DNA of 64,000 bases, taken from NCBI GenBank assembly GCA_028826165.1, contig JAPDFW010000103.1, forward strand, positions 372,001 through 436,000, read 5' to 3'. The position numbers and the translations under genes are program-made. The DNA comes from Anaeramoeba ignava BMAN (taxonomy: Eukaryota; Protista; Anaeramoebae). A model generated the notes under the pieces. The model saw nothing but the letters and a program-made list of their open reading frames with translations, made no database searches and was not told the origin of the DNA. Each line of letters opens with the position of its first letter. Position 1 is the stretch's first letter. Below are positions 13,609-26,112 of this stretch, in pieces.

Positions 13609-14613
13609 TCATTTCCTTCGATAAGATGCACTTCTTAAAATTCTTCTACCACATAAACCAAACAAAAAGAGGAATACAAGAGTCAAAATAATCCAAACAA
13701 CAATAGCACCACTGAAACCAACAATATTATTTCCACTATCTGTATTATTATTTTTTCCATATTTAGTACTTGTTGAAGATTGAGCCCAAAAAACATAATA
13801 ACCAGTTGCAAATTGACCCAAACCAAACATAGTTCCCAAAGCAAATTGTCCAACAGCACAAACACCTGCAGTAAATTGAGCAACAGAGAAAACTCCAAGT
13901 GAACCAAAACCAATCGAAATAATCCCCAAACTTGCAAATCCAAAGGAAAATATTCCAAATGACCAAAATCCACATGAAAATAAAGGAATTCCAAAAATTC
14001 GAAAACCACAAAAACATCCTCCTGATGTTTTCCGAAAGCAAGGTTCTCTTGGCTGTTTGAATTGCCGTTGATTTTGAATCAGATTTTGTTCAAATGTTTG
14101 ATCCAAAAATAAGTTGTTTGTTTTTGGTGGTGGTTGTTGATATTGATTTTCACTTTCAAATGTTGTTTTTGTAGAATTTTGTTCATTTTGTTTTGGAGTT
14201 TCAAATGGGGTTGAATTTTCCGTTTCGAAAATTGAAGTTCGAGAAATTTTTTTGTCTTCTTTTTCGGTTACAAATAAATTTGGATTTTGATTTGGATTTT
14301 GATTTAAAATTTGATTTGGATTTTTTGGATTAAGTAAAGGTTCTTTATCATGTGAATCAAATTGAGTAGGTTTTTCCAGATTTGGATTGTAATCAACTCC
14401 GAAAATCGGTCCTTCATCATTTCCATTTAAATCTTGTAATTCATAATCACGTTGTTGATTTGGTTGATAATATAAATTTTGATTTGGTTGATAATATAAA
14501 TTTTGGTTTGGCTTATAATCTGTTTCTTTTTTTTTATAATATGGGTTTTCTCGATATAAATTTGTTTCTACTGTTTCTGGTTCAACGTTTCCTTGTTGGT
14601 TATAAGGATCCAT
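13609..14613 (-). CDS. Uncharacterised membrane protein with Gly-every-5 hydrophobic repeat and C-terminal TM helix
   Basis: Intronless 334-aa ORF: disordered N/Q/P-rich N-terminus, GFWSFGIFSFGFASLGIISIG... segment, then hydrophobic helix GAIVVWIILTLVFLFLFGLC. Confidence 0.8.
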   Translation of the reverse strand: MDPYNQQGNVEPETVETNLYRENPYYKKKETDYKPNQNLYYQPNQNLYYQPNQQRDYELQDLNGNDEGPIFGVDYNPNLEKPTQFDSHDKEPLLNPKNPNQILNQNPNQNPNLFVTEKEDKKISRTSIFETENSTPFETPKQNEQNSTKTTFESENQYQQPPPKTNNLFLDQTFEQNLIQNQRQFKQPREPCFRKTSGGCFCGFRIFGIPLFSCGFWSFGIFSFGFASLGIISIGFGSLGVFSVAQFTAGVCAVGQFALGTMFGLGQFATGYYVFWAQSSTSTKYGKNNNTDSGNNIVGFSGAIVVWIILTLVFLFLFGLCGRRILRSASYRRK

Positions 14614-14740
14614 TAGTTTTATTTTTATTTTTATTTTGTTTTGGAAAAGTTTGGAAAAAAAAATAATTTTTTTTAAAAAAGTGAAAAAAAAATGAAAATA
14701 AAAATTTCATTTTTTCTTTTTCATTTTTTTTTTAATTTTA

Positions 14741-16688
14741 ATGAATAATAAAAATAAAAAAGAGTTTAAATTATTAGAGAAACAAAAAATAACTCCAAGA
14801 AATCAAACACTTGATAGGTTTCTAATGCCTGTCAACCGAAATCAAAATCAAAATCAAAATTATAATCAAAATCAAAATCAAAATCAAAATCAAAATACAC
14901 AATTTTTAAATTTAAATCAAAATCAAAATCAAAATCAAAATCAAAATCATAATCAAAATACACAAATTTTAAATCTAAATTTAAATCATAATACACAATT
15001 TTTAAATCAAAATCATAATCAAAATCAAAATTATAATCAAAATACACAAATTTTAAATCTAAATTTAAATCATAATCATAATCATAAGCATAAGCATAAT
15101 AAACGAAAACATCAATACCAACAAATTCAAATTAGCCCAAAAAAATCAAAAAATACAACTTTTATTAATTTACCTTGGAATAAAAAAAATAAAATTGAAA
15201 TTAATAACAAAAAAATTCCAAAATGGACATTTATGAAAGAATGTTGGAAAGAAGTGAAAACACCTAAAGATTTTATGGTATAAAAAAAAAACAAATTTAT
15301 ATAAGAAATAAATTGAAAAAATAAAATTAAAATAAAATAAAGTTATCAATCTTGAATTTTCATCCAGAATACAAAGAAAAATGGAATCTATTTGGATTAC
15401 ATCAATTTTTCAAAAGATATCAAAAAAAACAAGAAAATGAAATTTTTATGAAAGAAACATTTACAAAAATTGTTTCACTTGCACAAAAAAAAGTGATAAA
15501 AGAACCAATTAAGCTTATGAAACAAAATCAAGAATCATCATTTACTTTAACACAAGAACAAGTAGCATGTTTAATGGCAAATGCATTTTTATGTACTTTC
15601 AAACCAAGGAAATGGGCACATCCAAATGACCCAAATGCTTTGGCTTCAATTAATTTTATTGATCTTTATAACGAATCACAAAATACCTTCCTTGTTGCTC
15701 AAAAAATAAAGGCTTTAATTCATTATTTATTGAGAGTTAATGAACACAAAAATTATTCAAATATTGTTTTTACAAAAAAAGTTCTTCATCAATTCCCAAA
15801 ATGGGAAGATTCTGATTTCCCAATTTTGTTTGTTCGTATTTCTTTGGATAAAAATATTGAAGATTTTCCAAAAGAAAATCATGCTCATGTTGATTTTGCA
15901 AATAAATTTATTGGTGGTGGTGTTTTAAATCATGGTATTGTTCAAGAAGAAATTCTTTTTATAACTCAACCTGAATTGATTATTTCTCGTTTATTTATTC
16001 CTGAACTTTTACCAAATGAAGCATTAATTATTCAAGGAACAGAAAAATTTTCAACTTATTCTGTTTGTTGAAAAATAAAATTAAAATTCATTTATAAAAT
16101 TAAAATTAAATTCATTTATAAAATAATTCATTTATAAAATAATTCATTTATAAAATTCATTTATAAAATTAAAATTCATTTATAAAATTAAAGGGATATG
16201 GAAATACTTTTAAATCAATTTTAAATTTCAAAGATCAAACAGAAATTGATAAAAAAACAAACATTCGAAAAAATACAATAATAGCAATTGATGCATTAAA
16301 ATTTGGATACAATCAATCACAATTTGAAAAAAATCAAATTTTAAGAGAATTAAATAAAGCTTTTTGTGGATTTAATTTCCAAATTGAAGGAGTAGAAACT
16401 ATTGTAACAGGTCATTGGGGTTGTGGTGTTTTTGGAGGAAATAAAGATTTAAAAGCAATTCTTCAATTAATGGCTGCTTCTCAAGCTCAAAAAAAAATTA
16501 TTTATTGTACTTTTAATGATGTTCATTTTTCTCAAAGATTCCAAAAAGTTTTAGATTTAATTTATCAAAAAAATTTAAAAGTTGGAGATTTATGGAAATT
16601 ATTAGTTTTATATCATGAATCAAAATTTGAATCAAAAATCCAATTTTTTGATTTTCTTTTAGAAATAAATCAAATAGATATGAAATGA
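14741..16688 (+). CDS. PARG: Poly(ADP-ribose) glycohydrolase, canonical eukaryotic type
   Basis: Exons 14741-15277, 15343-16062, 16194-16688. Catalytic signature VDFANKFIGGGVLNHGIVQEEILF, plus YSGYG and TGHWGCGVFGGN. Confidence 0.93.
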
Positions 16689-17017
16689 TTAGAAACAGAA
16701 AAAAAAAGAAAAAAGGAAATTATTTGAAATTAAATTTATTTTTTTTTTTTGCTTTTTTTGGAATTGATTTTTGATCATAAAAGCAATAATTATTAAATTA
16801 AATGAAATTTTAAATTTAAATTTTAAATGATTTTTTCTAATTAAAAAAAAAGGAGAAAAAAAAATTTTTTTTTTTTTTTTTTTTTTTTTCATTTTTCATT
16901 TTTTTTAATTTTTTTTTTCTTTAATTAATTTTTTATATTGTGTTGTTTTTATTTTTTTAAATTTTTTGAATTTTTCGAAATTAATTAATTAATTAATTAA
17001 AATTTAAAATAACAAAA

Positions 17018-17972
17018 GTAAGTTTTTTTTTTTAAAAAAATTTTTTTTTTGTTAACATCAAAACTTAAACACAAAATTAAATTAAATTAAAAGATTAAAT
17101 TAAATTAAATTAAATTAAAAGATTAAATTAAATTAAATTAAATTAAATTAAATTAAAAAATTAAATTAAAAAATTAAATTAAAAGATTAAATTAGATTAA
17201 ATTAAATTAGATTAAATTAAATTAGATTAAATTAAATTAAATGATTAAATTAAAAGATTAAATTAAATGATTAAATTAAAATTAAATGATTAAATTAAAA
17301 TTAAATGATTAAATTAAATTAAAAATTAAATTAAATTAAATTAAATTAAATTAAATTAAATTAAAATTAAATTAGATTAAATTAAATTATTAAATTAAAT
17401 TAAATTAAATAGATTAAATTAAATTAAATTAAAATTAAAAAGATTAAAAATTAAATTAAATAAAAAATAAAAATTAAAAATTAAAAGATTAAATTAAAAA
17501 ATTAAATTAAATTAAATTAAAAATTAAATTAAAAGATTAAATTAAATTAAATTTAAAAGATTAAATTAAATTAAATTAAATTAAATTAAATGATTAAATT
17601 AAATTAAATTAAATGATTAAATTAAATGATTAAATTAAAAGATTAAATTAAATTAAATTAAATTAAATTAAAAGATTAAATTAAATTAAATTAAATTAAA
17701 TTAAATTAAATTAAATTAAATTAAATGATTAAATTAAATTAAATTAAATTAAAAGATTAAATTAAATTAAATTAAAATTAAATTAAATTAAATTAAATTA
17801 AATGATTAAATTAAATTAAATTAAATGATTAAATTAAATTAAAAGATTAAATTAAATTAAATTAAATTAAATTAAAAGATTAAATTAAAAAATTAAATTA
17901 AATTAAAAGATTAAATTAAATTAAAAAAATTAAATTAAAAAAATTTTTTTTTTGGAAAAACAAAATAAAAAG
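17018..17972 (+). other. Probable 5'-UTR intron of the DOCK gene filled with (TTAAA)n
   Basis: Strong GTAAGT donor at 17018, about 900 bp of TTAAA repeats, AG at 17971-17972 just before the ATG at 17982. The acceptor is uncertain because other AGs occur in the repeat. Confidence 0.6.
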
Positions 17973-17981
17973 AAATTAATA

Positions 17982-20900
17982 ATGAGTTGTTGGGAAAAAA
18001 CAAATAAATTTGGAGTAGCACTTTATTCTTTTAAAAACAAAGATGCCAAAACTGAACTCCCTCTTAAAATAGGGGATCCCCTTCATATTAAAGAAGAATC
18101 AAAAGATTGGTTTCGAGTAAAAAACATTTTAACCCAAAGAATTGGAATTGTACCAAAAAATTATGTTGATATTATCAATGATCCTCCACCAAATAAAGAA
18201 GAATATTTGAAATTGAAAATTTTGCCTTCAATAAAAACAAATCCAATTATAATTGAAAGTCAAAATGTGTTGATTGAATGGAAAAAACTATTGGATCATA
18301 TTTGTTATCAAGAGAAAAACTTCAAGAAATTCAGTGAATTGAAATACAGTATATTAACTTTAATGGGATATCGAGAGAATATGTTAAAAAACAAAGAGCC
18401 AAATGAAGAAACAATTAAAATTCAAGAAAATCAAATCATTGATTCAATTGATAGATGCAAAAGATTACTTAATATTCCTGTTTTTCCAAGAAGAGAAAAT
18501 GGAGAAATTGCAGATGAAAATAATATTGGCTTGATTAATCTTTATCAATTACATTCTGATCAAATTGCTCAAAACAAAGGAATCACTCAAAAAATTGAGG
18601 CTCAATCAACTGGACAAACTGATAATAATCAATTAGTTCTTGATTTTCAAATGGCTATTCTTCAACTTCCTTCTGAAATGGAACTACAATTTTTTTTGTT
18701 TGATAATGATAAATCTGAGCAAGTTTCTGAGTCTTATTCTTTTAGGATTGAAAGAAGTGGAATGCATGCAGATATTAATCTTCATGGGAAACTTAAGACT
18801 ATTTTCAAAGGTATTCAATTTATAAAATTTATATAATTTAAAATCAATTTATAAAATTTATAAAATTTAAATAATTTAAAATCAATTTATAAAATTATTA
18901 AAAATATATTCAATTTATATAAATTATATAATTTATAAAATTTATAAAATTTATATAATTATTAAAATTTATTCAAATTATAAAATTTATAAAATTTATA
19001 TAATTTATATAATTTTTTTTATAATTTTTTTATAATTTTTTCTAGATATCCCAAATTCCGATCTTACACCAAATTTATATCTAGTTTGTAGAATGATGAG
19101 ATTAGGAGTTTTACTAATTGATGAAAAACTACAAAAAAAATATAGTAAAAAAAAATGTCGAGAATATAGAAGACCATTTGGATGTGGAATATTACAACTA
19201 TCAGAAACAATTCTCAAATACTCAAAAGGAAACATGAAAGAAGAAACAATCAACATGTTTTTACACAGCAGTGATTTTAACTTTTTCAAACTCCACAAAA
19301 TGCTAATTTCTGGTGAACAAGGATTGAAACCATTACCTGGTCCAGGTGTTAAAATTTCATGGGTTTTATACGCCGGTGAATATGAAGATCTTTTAAGTAT
19401 CAAAGAATTGGAACTCAATAATAAACTCAAAGAAATGGAAAATGCTGAAATGATTCCAACTGATATTGAATCAAATATTGAAACTGAAAATGAACAAAAA
19501 ATCGAAAGTGAAAAATCATTTGATCAAAAAACTGAAAATGAAAATCAAAATGAAAATCAAAGTGAAAAATCAAAATCATTTGATCAAAAAACTGAAAATG
19601 AAAATCAAAGTGAAAATCAAAGTGAAAATCAAAATGTAAATGAACAGGAAAAGGAAAAAGAAAAAGAATCAGAAACAAGTATTCAAACAAACAGTATACA
19701 AATTGAAACCCAAAATAAAAAAGAACTTGAATCAAAAAATAAAGAGGAACAAGAATATATTGAATCACTCAAATATTTCAAACATATCGGAATAAGTCAA
19801 GAAATGAAGTTTCCAGAAGTGATTCTTCCATCATACATTCGAAATGATCTTTATATCACAGTTCATTCTGGAGAATTTCTTCAAGATCGTAAACGTTCTG
19901 CTAAAAATGTTGAGATGAGAATTTATGTTCGCAAAAACAATGCTGAGAAATTTGATGATTTTGTTGAAAATTGTATTTCTTTTGGAAATGCAAATGAAAC
20001 AATCAATTTTTACAAAACATATGTTTATTACCATAAAAACAATCCTTTTTGGGAAGAGACTATTCGAATTACAATGCCAACTCATTTATTTGAAGAAACA
20101 CATTTATATATTGAAGCTTATCATTGCACAACCAATGAAAATCATGATAACAAACTTTTTGGATTTGCTTTTCTTCCTTTTTTCCAGAATGGAGCAATGA
20201 TTAAACAAGGAAAAGTAACATTACCAACATATAAATATGTTCTCAAAACATTGAAAGAAGAACCAACCTTTTATCTTGAAGAAAATGAATCAAAACAACC
20301 GTAAACAATTTGCAAAAACCATTTATAAAAATTATTTAAATATTAAAAATTAAAAAAAATTTTTTTAAATAGAAAACAAAAATCAAAATTAACTCAAAGA
20401 AAAGAACAAATTGAGCTCTCAATCAATTTATGCTCAACAAAACTTACCCAAGTAACAAATGTCGTTGGGTTACTCAAATGGAAAGAAAATAGCGATGACT
20501 TATCCAAAATTCTAAAAGATTTAACATTCACACCTCCTTCCGAAATTGTCAAATTTATTCGAGAAATTCTTGATACATTATTTCAATTACTTGAAGAAAA
20601 AGGAAAAGATGAACAAAGTCGAAAAATGATATATGAATCAATTGATTTTGTGATTGGAATTGTTGCAGACAAACGATTCAAAACATTTATACCAGTTGTC
20701 AACGATTATATCCAAACAAGATTCTCAAGAGCTTCAAATAGCAAAGATGAAAACACATCAAAAGAAAACGAAATGCTTACTAAATCACTTTGCAAAGTGT
20801 ATGTTTTCTACATGGATAAGCTCAAATCAATGCTTTCTGACATCCAAGAATCAAACAGAAAAACTCTATTAAACACACTTAGAGTAATTGAATATATTTT

Positions 20901-23871
20901 CAAATTCATCATTTATTCCTGGCTTTTGAACATCCACGAAAACCCCATCGAAGCAAATAACCAACAAAAATTCATCGGCGACATCAAGAATATTTTAGTC
21001 AAGCTCCAAGACTTAATGTCGCGTACTCAACCTGTTTGGATCAATGCTGCTCAAGATATGGCGCTCAGAAATTTCAAATCAATTTTTTTCGATTTATCAA
21101 AAGTTCTTCGACAAGATGATCTCACAAATTCATTCAAATCAATGATTCTGTCAATTCGAATGGAATCACTTAAAGTATTGAATCATTCAAAACTCGACTG
21201 GATCATCAGTTTGCTTAAACAGGGTTTGTTTGATGATCCAGACTCTCGTTCTGTTATTTTCCCTTTGCTTTTTGAGCAAATATCTTTCCATTACAAACAA
21301 TCAGAAGAAGAACTCAAACTTTGTATTGATATTGTTAAGATTATCATCAACAAGGCTTTTGAGGATTTACGTTTGCCGGATTCCAAAAATTCTCGGAATT
21401 TCATCAAAGATATTTCACGCTTACCAAGAAAAATATTCGAATTACTCGCTCATATTAAGTATTTAGAAGAACAGAAAATAGCAAAAGTGAAATCAAAATA
21501 TGAGAAAAAATTCCAGAAATCACAAAAAGAAGATAAACAACAAGACCCAAAAAAACCAACTCAACCAAAAAATACTCAAATTACATCTATTGAAGATACA
21601 AAAGAATATAAAGATAAAATTGCGCGTGTGAAAAGTAAAAGAGAAGAATTAAAACGAGGATTAGTCACTTCCATTTTGATGTTATTTTCCACTATAAATC
21701 AACGAGATGCCCAACTGTTTTTCGAAAAATATGATTCAAGACCAAGAGTAAGACCAAGATTTGTTGATAATGTTTTCTCTCTTTTTATGGATTTAATAAA
21801 AAATCCTATTTATCTTGGTGATTTCGAACGGTTCGAAATTATTCAATACAAAATTATCATGAAAGGATTCAAAATGTTTCATACATTGATGAAAAATTTC
21901 ACTGGAAGATCCTTTATATTTAAATTATGGAATTTGTATTTGGAAACTCTAATTTGTTTTATAAATTTACCAAAGCTTCAACTCGAGAAATTATCAAATT
22001 TTGAGAAGCATAAAATACTTGAATTTTGTGGTGGAGATTTAAGATTAGGAGTTGTTGATTTATTGGATAATTCTTGGAAATTGATTGGAAAAAGAGAATA
22101 TGATTTCATTTCAAATAAAACAGAAGATTTTCTTTCTTTTATGTTACTTGATAATGAGAAAATAAAAGAACTTGGTTTAAATATTTATTATTCAATGTTG
22201 AAATGTGAGATTGAGAAAACTCAAAATTTCAAGCAAATTGAACAAAGTACTGTTGATACAATTTATCATTTTATTCGGGAAGAAAAGGATAAGAAATTTA
22301 CTGATTATTTCTTTAAAAATATTGAACCCAAATTCAAGCAAGATTCAAAACTGAAAGAAAAGGTTAAAATTTAAAATTAAAATTTAAAAAAATTTAAATA
22401 ATTTAAATATTTTTATAAATTTATTAGAGTTCAAACTTTGTTGAACAAGTTCATCAATTAATGAACCAAATTACAAAATTGAAAGATTATCCAGAACAAG
22501 AAAAATATGAAGATGAAAGAACATTTGTATTACTCAATTTAATGGATTATTTATACAGAACAAAAAGATACTCAATGTATTCAAGATATACTCATTTATT
22601 AAGTCAATTACATTTTAAAAATGGAAATTTCACAGAAGCTGCATTAGCTTTAACAAAAGTAATAGAAATCTTGGAATGGAATGAAGAAACAATCGAGGAA
22701 AAAATGGATGAAGGAATGTTTAATTATCCAAGAGAGTCTTCTTCTTCTCGAAAAGAAAGAATCATCTTAAATGCTATTGATTACTTTGATAAAGGAAAAT
22801 CTTGGGAAAATACAATTAGTTTAATTGATTCTTTACAAGAACAATATCAAAAGAATTATGAATATGAGAAATTATCAGATTTAATGAAAAGAAAAGGTGA
22901 AATGTATTCCAAAATTGTTTCAACAGAAAGATTTTTTGCAAATTATTTTAGAATTGGTTATTATGGAAATGGTTTTAATCAAGAAATTTATCGTGAATTT
23001 AAAAACAAAGAGTTTATTTATCGTGGAGCAGAACTTGAACAATTAAGTGTTTTTATGGGAAAGATTAAAGCAAAGTTTCCTGAAGCTAAGATTGGTTCAG
23101 ATGATCCAAATATTGCAGATAAAAATAAAAATATACAATATATTCAGATATCATCATTAACAACTTCATCATTTGAAGAAGTAATCAATTTAATTTAATT
23201 TAATTTAATTTAATTTAATTTAAAAATTGAAATTTAAAATTTTATAGAAAGAAGGGAAAAAAAAAGAATACGATCCAAAAATGCCTGAAAAGATTAAAAG
23301 ATTTTATCAAAATAACGGACTTCAAGTATTTATGTATTCAAAACCATTCCGTAAAACAAAAGAAAAAAGTGATAATGAATTTAAAGATTTATGGCTTCGA
23401 ACAACATATTTAATTTCAGAAGATCCATTCCCATTATTTATAAGAAGATCACCAGTCAAAGAAAAGATTATTGTTGAATTATCACCAATTCATAACGCAA
23501 TCAATAGTGTAAATGAAAAGAATGATGATTTAGAAAAAATGATAACAAAATATGAGGATTATGATGGGAAGAATGTAAGTCCATTCTCTATGGCTTTTAA
23601 TGGAGTTATTGATGCTGCTGTTAATGGTGGAGTGTTTAGATATCAAGATGCATTTTTTAATCCTGATTTTTTAAAAGAAGATAAACAACATGAAAATCTT
23701 GTTAAAGAATTAAAATTATCTTTGAAGAAACAACAAGAAATACTTGAAGCTGGTGTTTCTTTACATTCAAGAATTTGTCCTGATGAAATGAGACCTTTCC
23801 ATGAAAATATGGAAAAACAATTTGCTAAAATGAAAGGACTTATTTTACCAAGTCTTCAAGATTTAAATTGA
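17982..23871 (+). CDS. DOCK-family Rac GEF (SH3, DHR-1/C2, DHR-2; DOCK-A/B architecture)
   Basis: Exons 17982-18810, 19046-20300, 20373-22362, 22428-23180, 23248-23871, all in frame. N-terminal SH3 (ALYSF...ELPLKIGD...GIVPKNYV), YRRPFGCG, RNDLYIT, DHR-2 GVIDAAVNGG. Confidence 0.93.
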
Positions 23872-24087
23872 TTTCTTTCTTTTTTTTATTTTTTCCTTTT
23901 AATTCTTTAATAATTATAATTTTTGTTCCACTTTTTTTTTTTTTTACTCTTTTTTTTTTTCTTTCTTTCTTTTTGATTCTTTTTCACACAAAAATAACAA
24001 AATCTTAATAAAAGAATCAAATCCAAAAACATTTTTTTTTATTTTAAAGAATTATACATTTTGATTAATTTTTAAATTTAATAAAAA

Positions 24088-25830
24088 TTATTTTCTGTAA
24101 TTTGATTTTGAAATAAAACCACTTTCAACTTCAGCAATTTTTCTTTTAAGAGAACTAATTTCCTTTTCATAATTTTCATTAACTCTTTTCAAAATAGAAT
24201 TTTCAGTTGAAGAAGTTTGAAGTTGATTTTGAGATTCTTCAATTTTTGAAATTAATCTTCTATTTTCTTCAATTAATGTTTGTTGAATTGAATCTAATTG
24301 AATATGTTTTTCAGATTTTGAATTTTGATTTAATTCTTCAATTTGTTTTTTAAGTTGATCTTTTTCTTCTCTAAATATTTCATTTTCTTTCAATAATTTT
24401 TCAATTTCAATAACTAAATTTTTATTGGCTTCAATTAAATCTGAACTAATTTTTGCTTGATTTAATAAACTTTGGTTTTCTAATTCAAGTTTTTTATTCA
24501 AATTATTAATATTTTCTTGATTTTGTTTTAATTTATCAATTTCTTCTTTTAAAATTAAAACTTCATTTTCAAGTTCATTTTGTTTTTTATTTGAATTTTC
24601 TTGTGAAGTTTTAAGTAATTCATTTTGTTCTTCAAGATTTTGTGCATTTTCTTTAAGTTTCTCGTTTTTATTCAATAAATTTTCAATTTCTTCACTTAAT
24701 TTTTGATTAACAGAAATTAAAGTTGAATGAACACTTGTTTTCACTTTATCATTATCATTATCACTATTATTCACATTTATGCTTGTATTTATTATTGGTA
24801 TATTTTTCTCTTGATTTTTCAAAGAAGGATAAGTTTGCGGCACTTCAGGTTTATTGGCAGAATTTGATAAAGAATCATTTTGATCCAAATTTTGTTTTAT
24901 TTTTGTTTTTGGTTTTGTTTTTGGTTTTGGAAAATATTGAGCTATTTTCTTTGTTTTAACATGTGCTTCTATTTGTTTTGAATCTTGGGTTTTTGGCTCT
25001 GGATTCTCTATATTCTTTTCACTAAATGAAACTTTAAGATTCTTGTTCTTGTTTCTTTTTTCTTTTGGAATTTTAAGTTGCATTTTATCTGTTCTTGGAC
25101 TAAATTGTTGTTTTCCTGGGTCTTCATGAGGTCGTGATTCTGAATTGTTTGGTGATTTACGTGCTACTTTTAATTTTAAGCTTCTTCGCTTAAATTTCTT
25201 TGATGGATCTGGTGATGGAAATTTTATTTCCTTTGTTGTTTTTGTTGGTGAATTAAGTGATTTTTGCTCATTTATTTTCCCTTTTTCAACTTGTTTTTTG
25301 ATTGCTCTTTTATTTAAAGTTAAACTACGTAAAACTTTATGTGGAAAATTTTGCTTTTGTTGTTCTTGTTTTGGTTTTTTAATTGAGTTTAAATTGCCTT
25401 GATTTTTAACATATTGGATCGTTTTTTTGGATGTTGTATTTGTATTTTGTAAAGTTTCGCCTAATGAACCGTTTTTGGATTTTTTTTGTGAGTAAATTTT
25501 ATGTTGATTATTTATTGTTTTTTTATTTGATTACTTTTTTTTCCATGTTGTTCGCAATAGAACTTTCCGTCCTTAATTACTACGCTTGTTGGATATAGTT
25601 GTACTTGGCAATGCTCACATCTTTTTGTTTGTTTTGTTTGTTTTGTAAACATTTGTTTTTGTTAGTTCTTTTTTTTCTCTTTTTATTCGTTTTGTTTTTT
25701 ATTTGTTTTTTTTTTACTTAAGACAATTTTTATGAACTACTAAATCGTTAATAACAAATCTATCAATTATTTTAACTGGATTTTTGCAAATAACACATGT
25801 ATTTGTTTTTATGTATGAATTAGATATCAT
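24088..25830 (-). CDS. LIM-domain protein with C-terminal coiled coil
   Basis: Exons 25830-25718, 25620-25535, 25460-24088. The LIM domain CVICKNPV...VHKNCLK|CEHCQVQL...GKFYCEQH is split across the two small 5' exons missed by the ORF track. Confidence 0.85.
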
Positions 25831-26112
25831 TCTTCTTTTTAAATTTTTTTTTTGAAATTAAAAAAAGCAAAAAAAAAATGAAAAAAAAAATTTCCAAAAA
25901 AAAAAAAAAAATTTTTTTTAATCAAATTTAGATCAAATTTAAGAAGTAAAAAACTTCTAAAATAATTCAAATTTAAATTTAAATTCAATTCCAATTCAAA
26001 AAGAAAATTATTTTTATTCCACTTTTAATTATTTTTTCAATTTATTTTTTTTTCATTTTTTTTTCTATCATTTTTTCTATCATTTTTTTTTCTTTAAATA
26101 ATAATTATAAAA

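Noticed and set aside
25461-25534. Apparent stop/frameshift in the LIM gene
   Set aside because: Resolved by a 74-nt phase-1 GT-AG intron.
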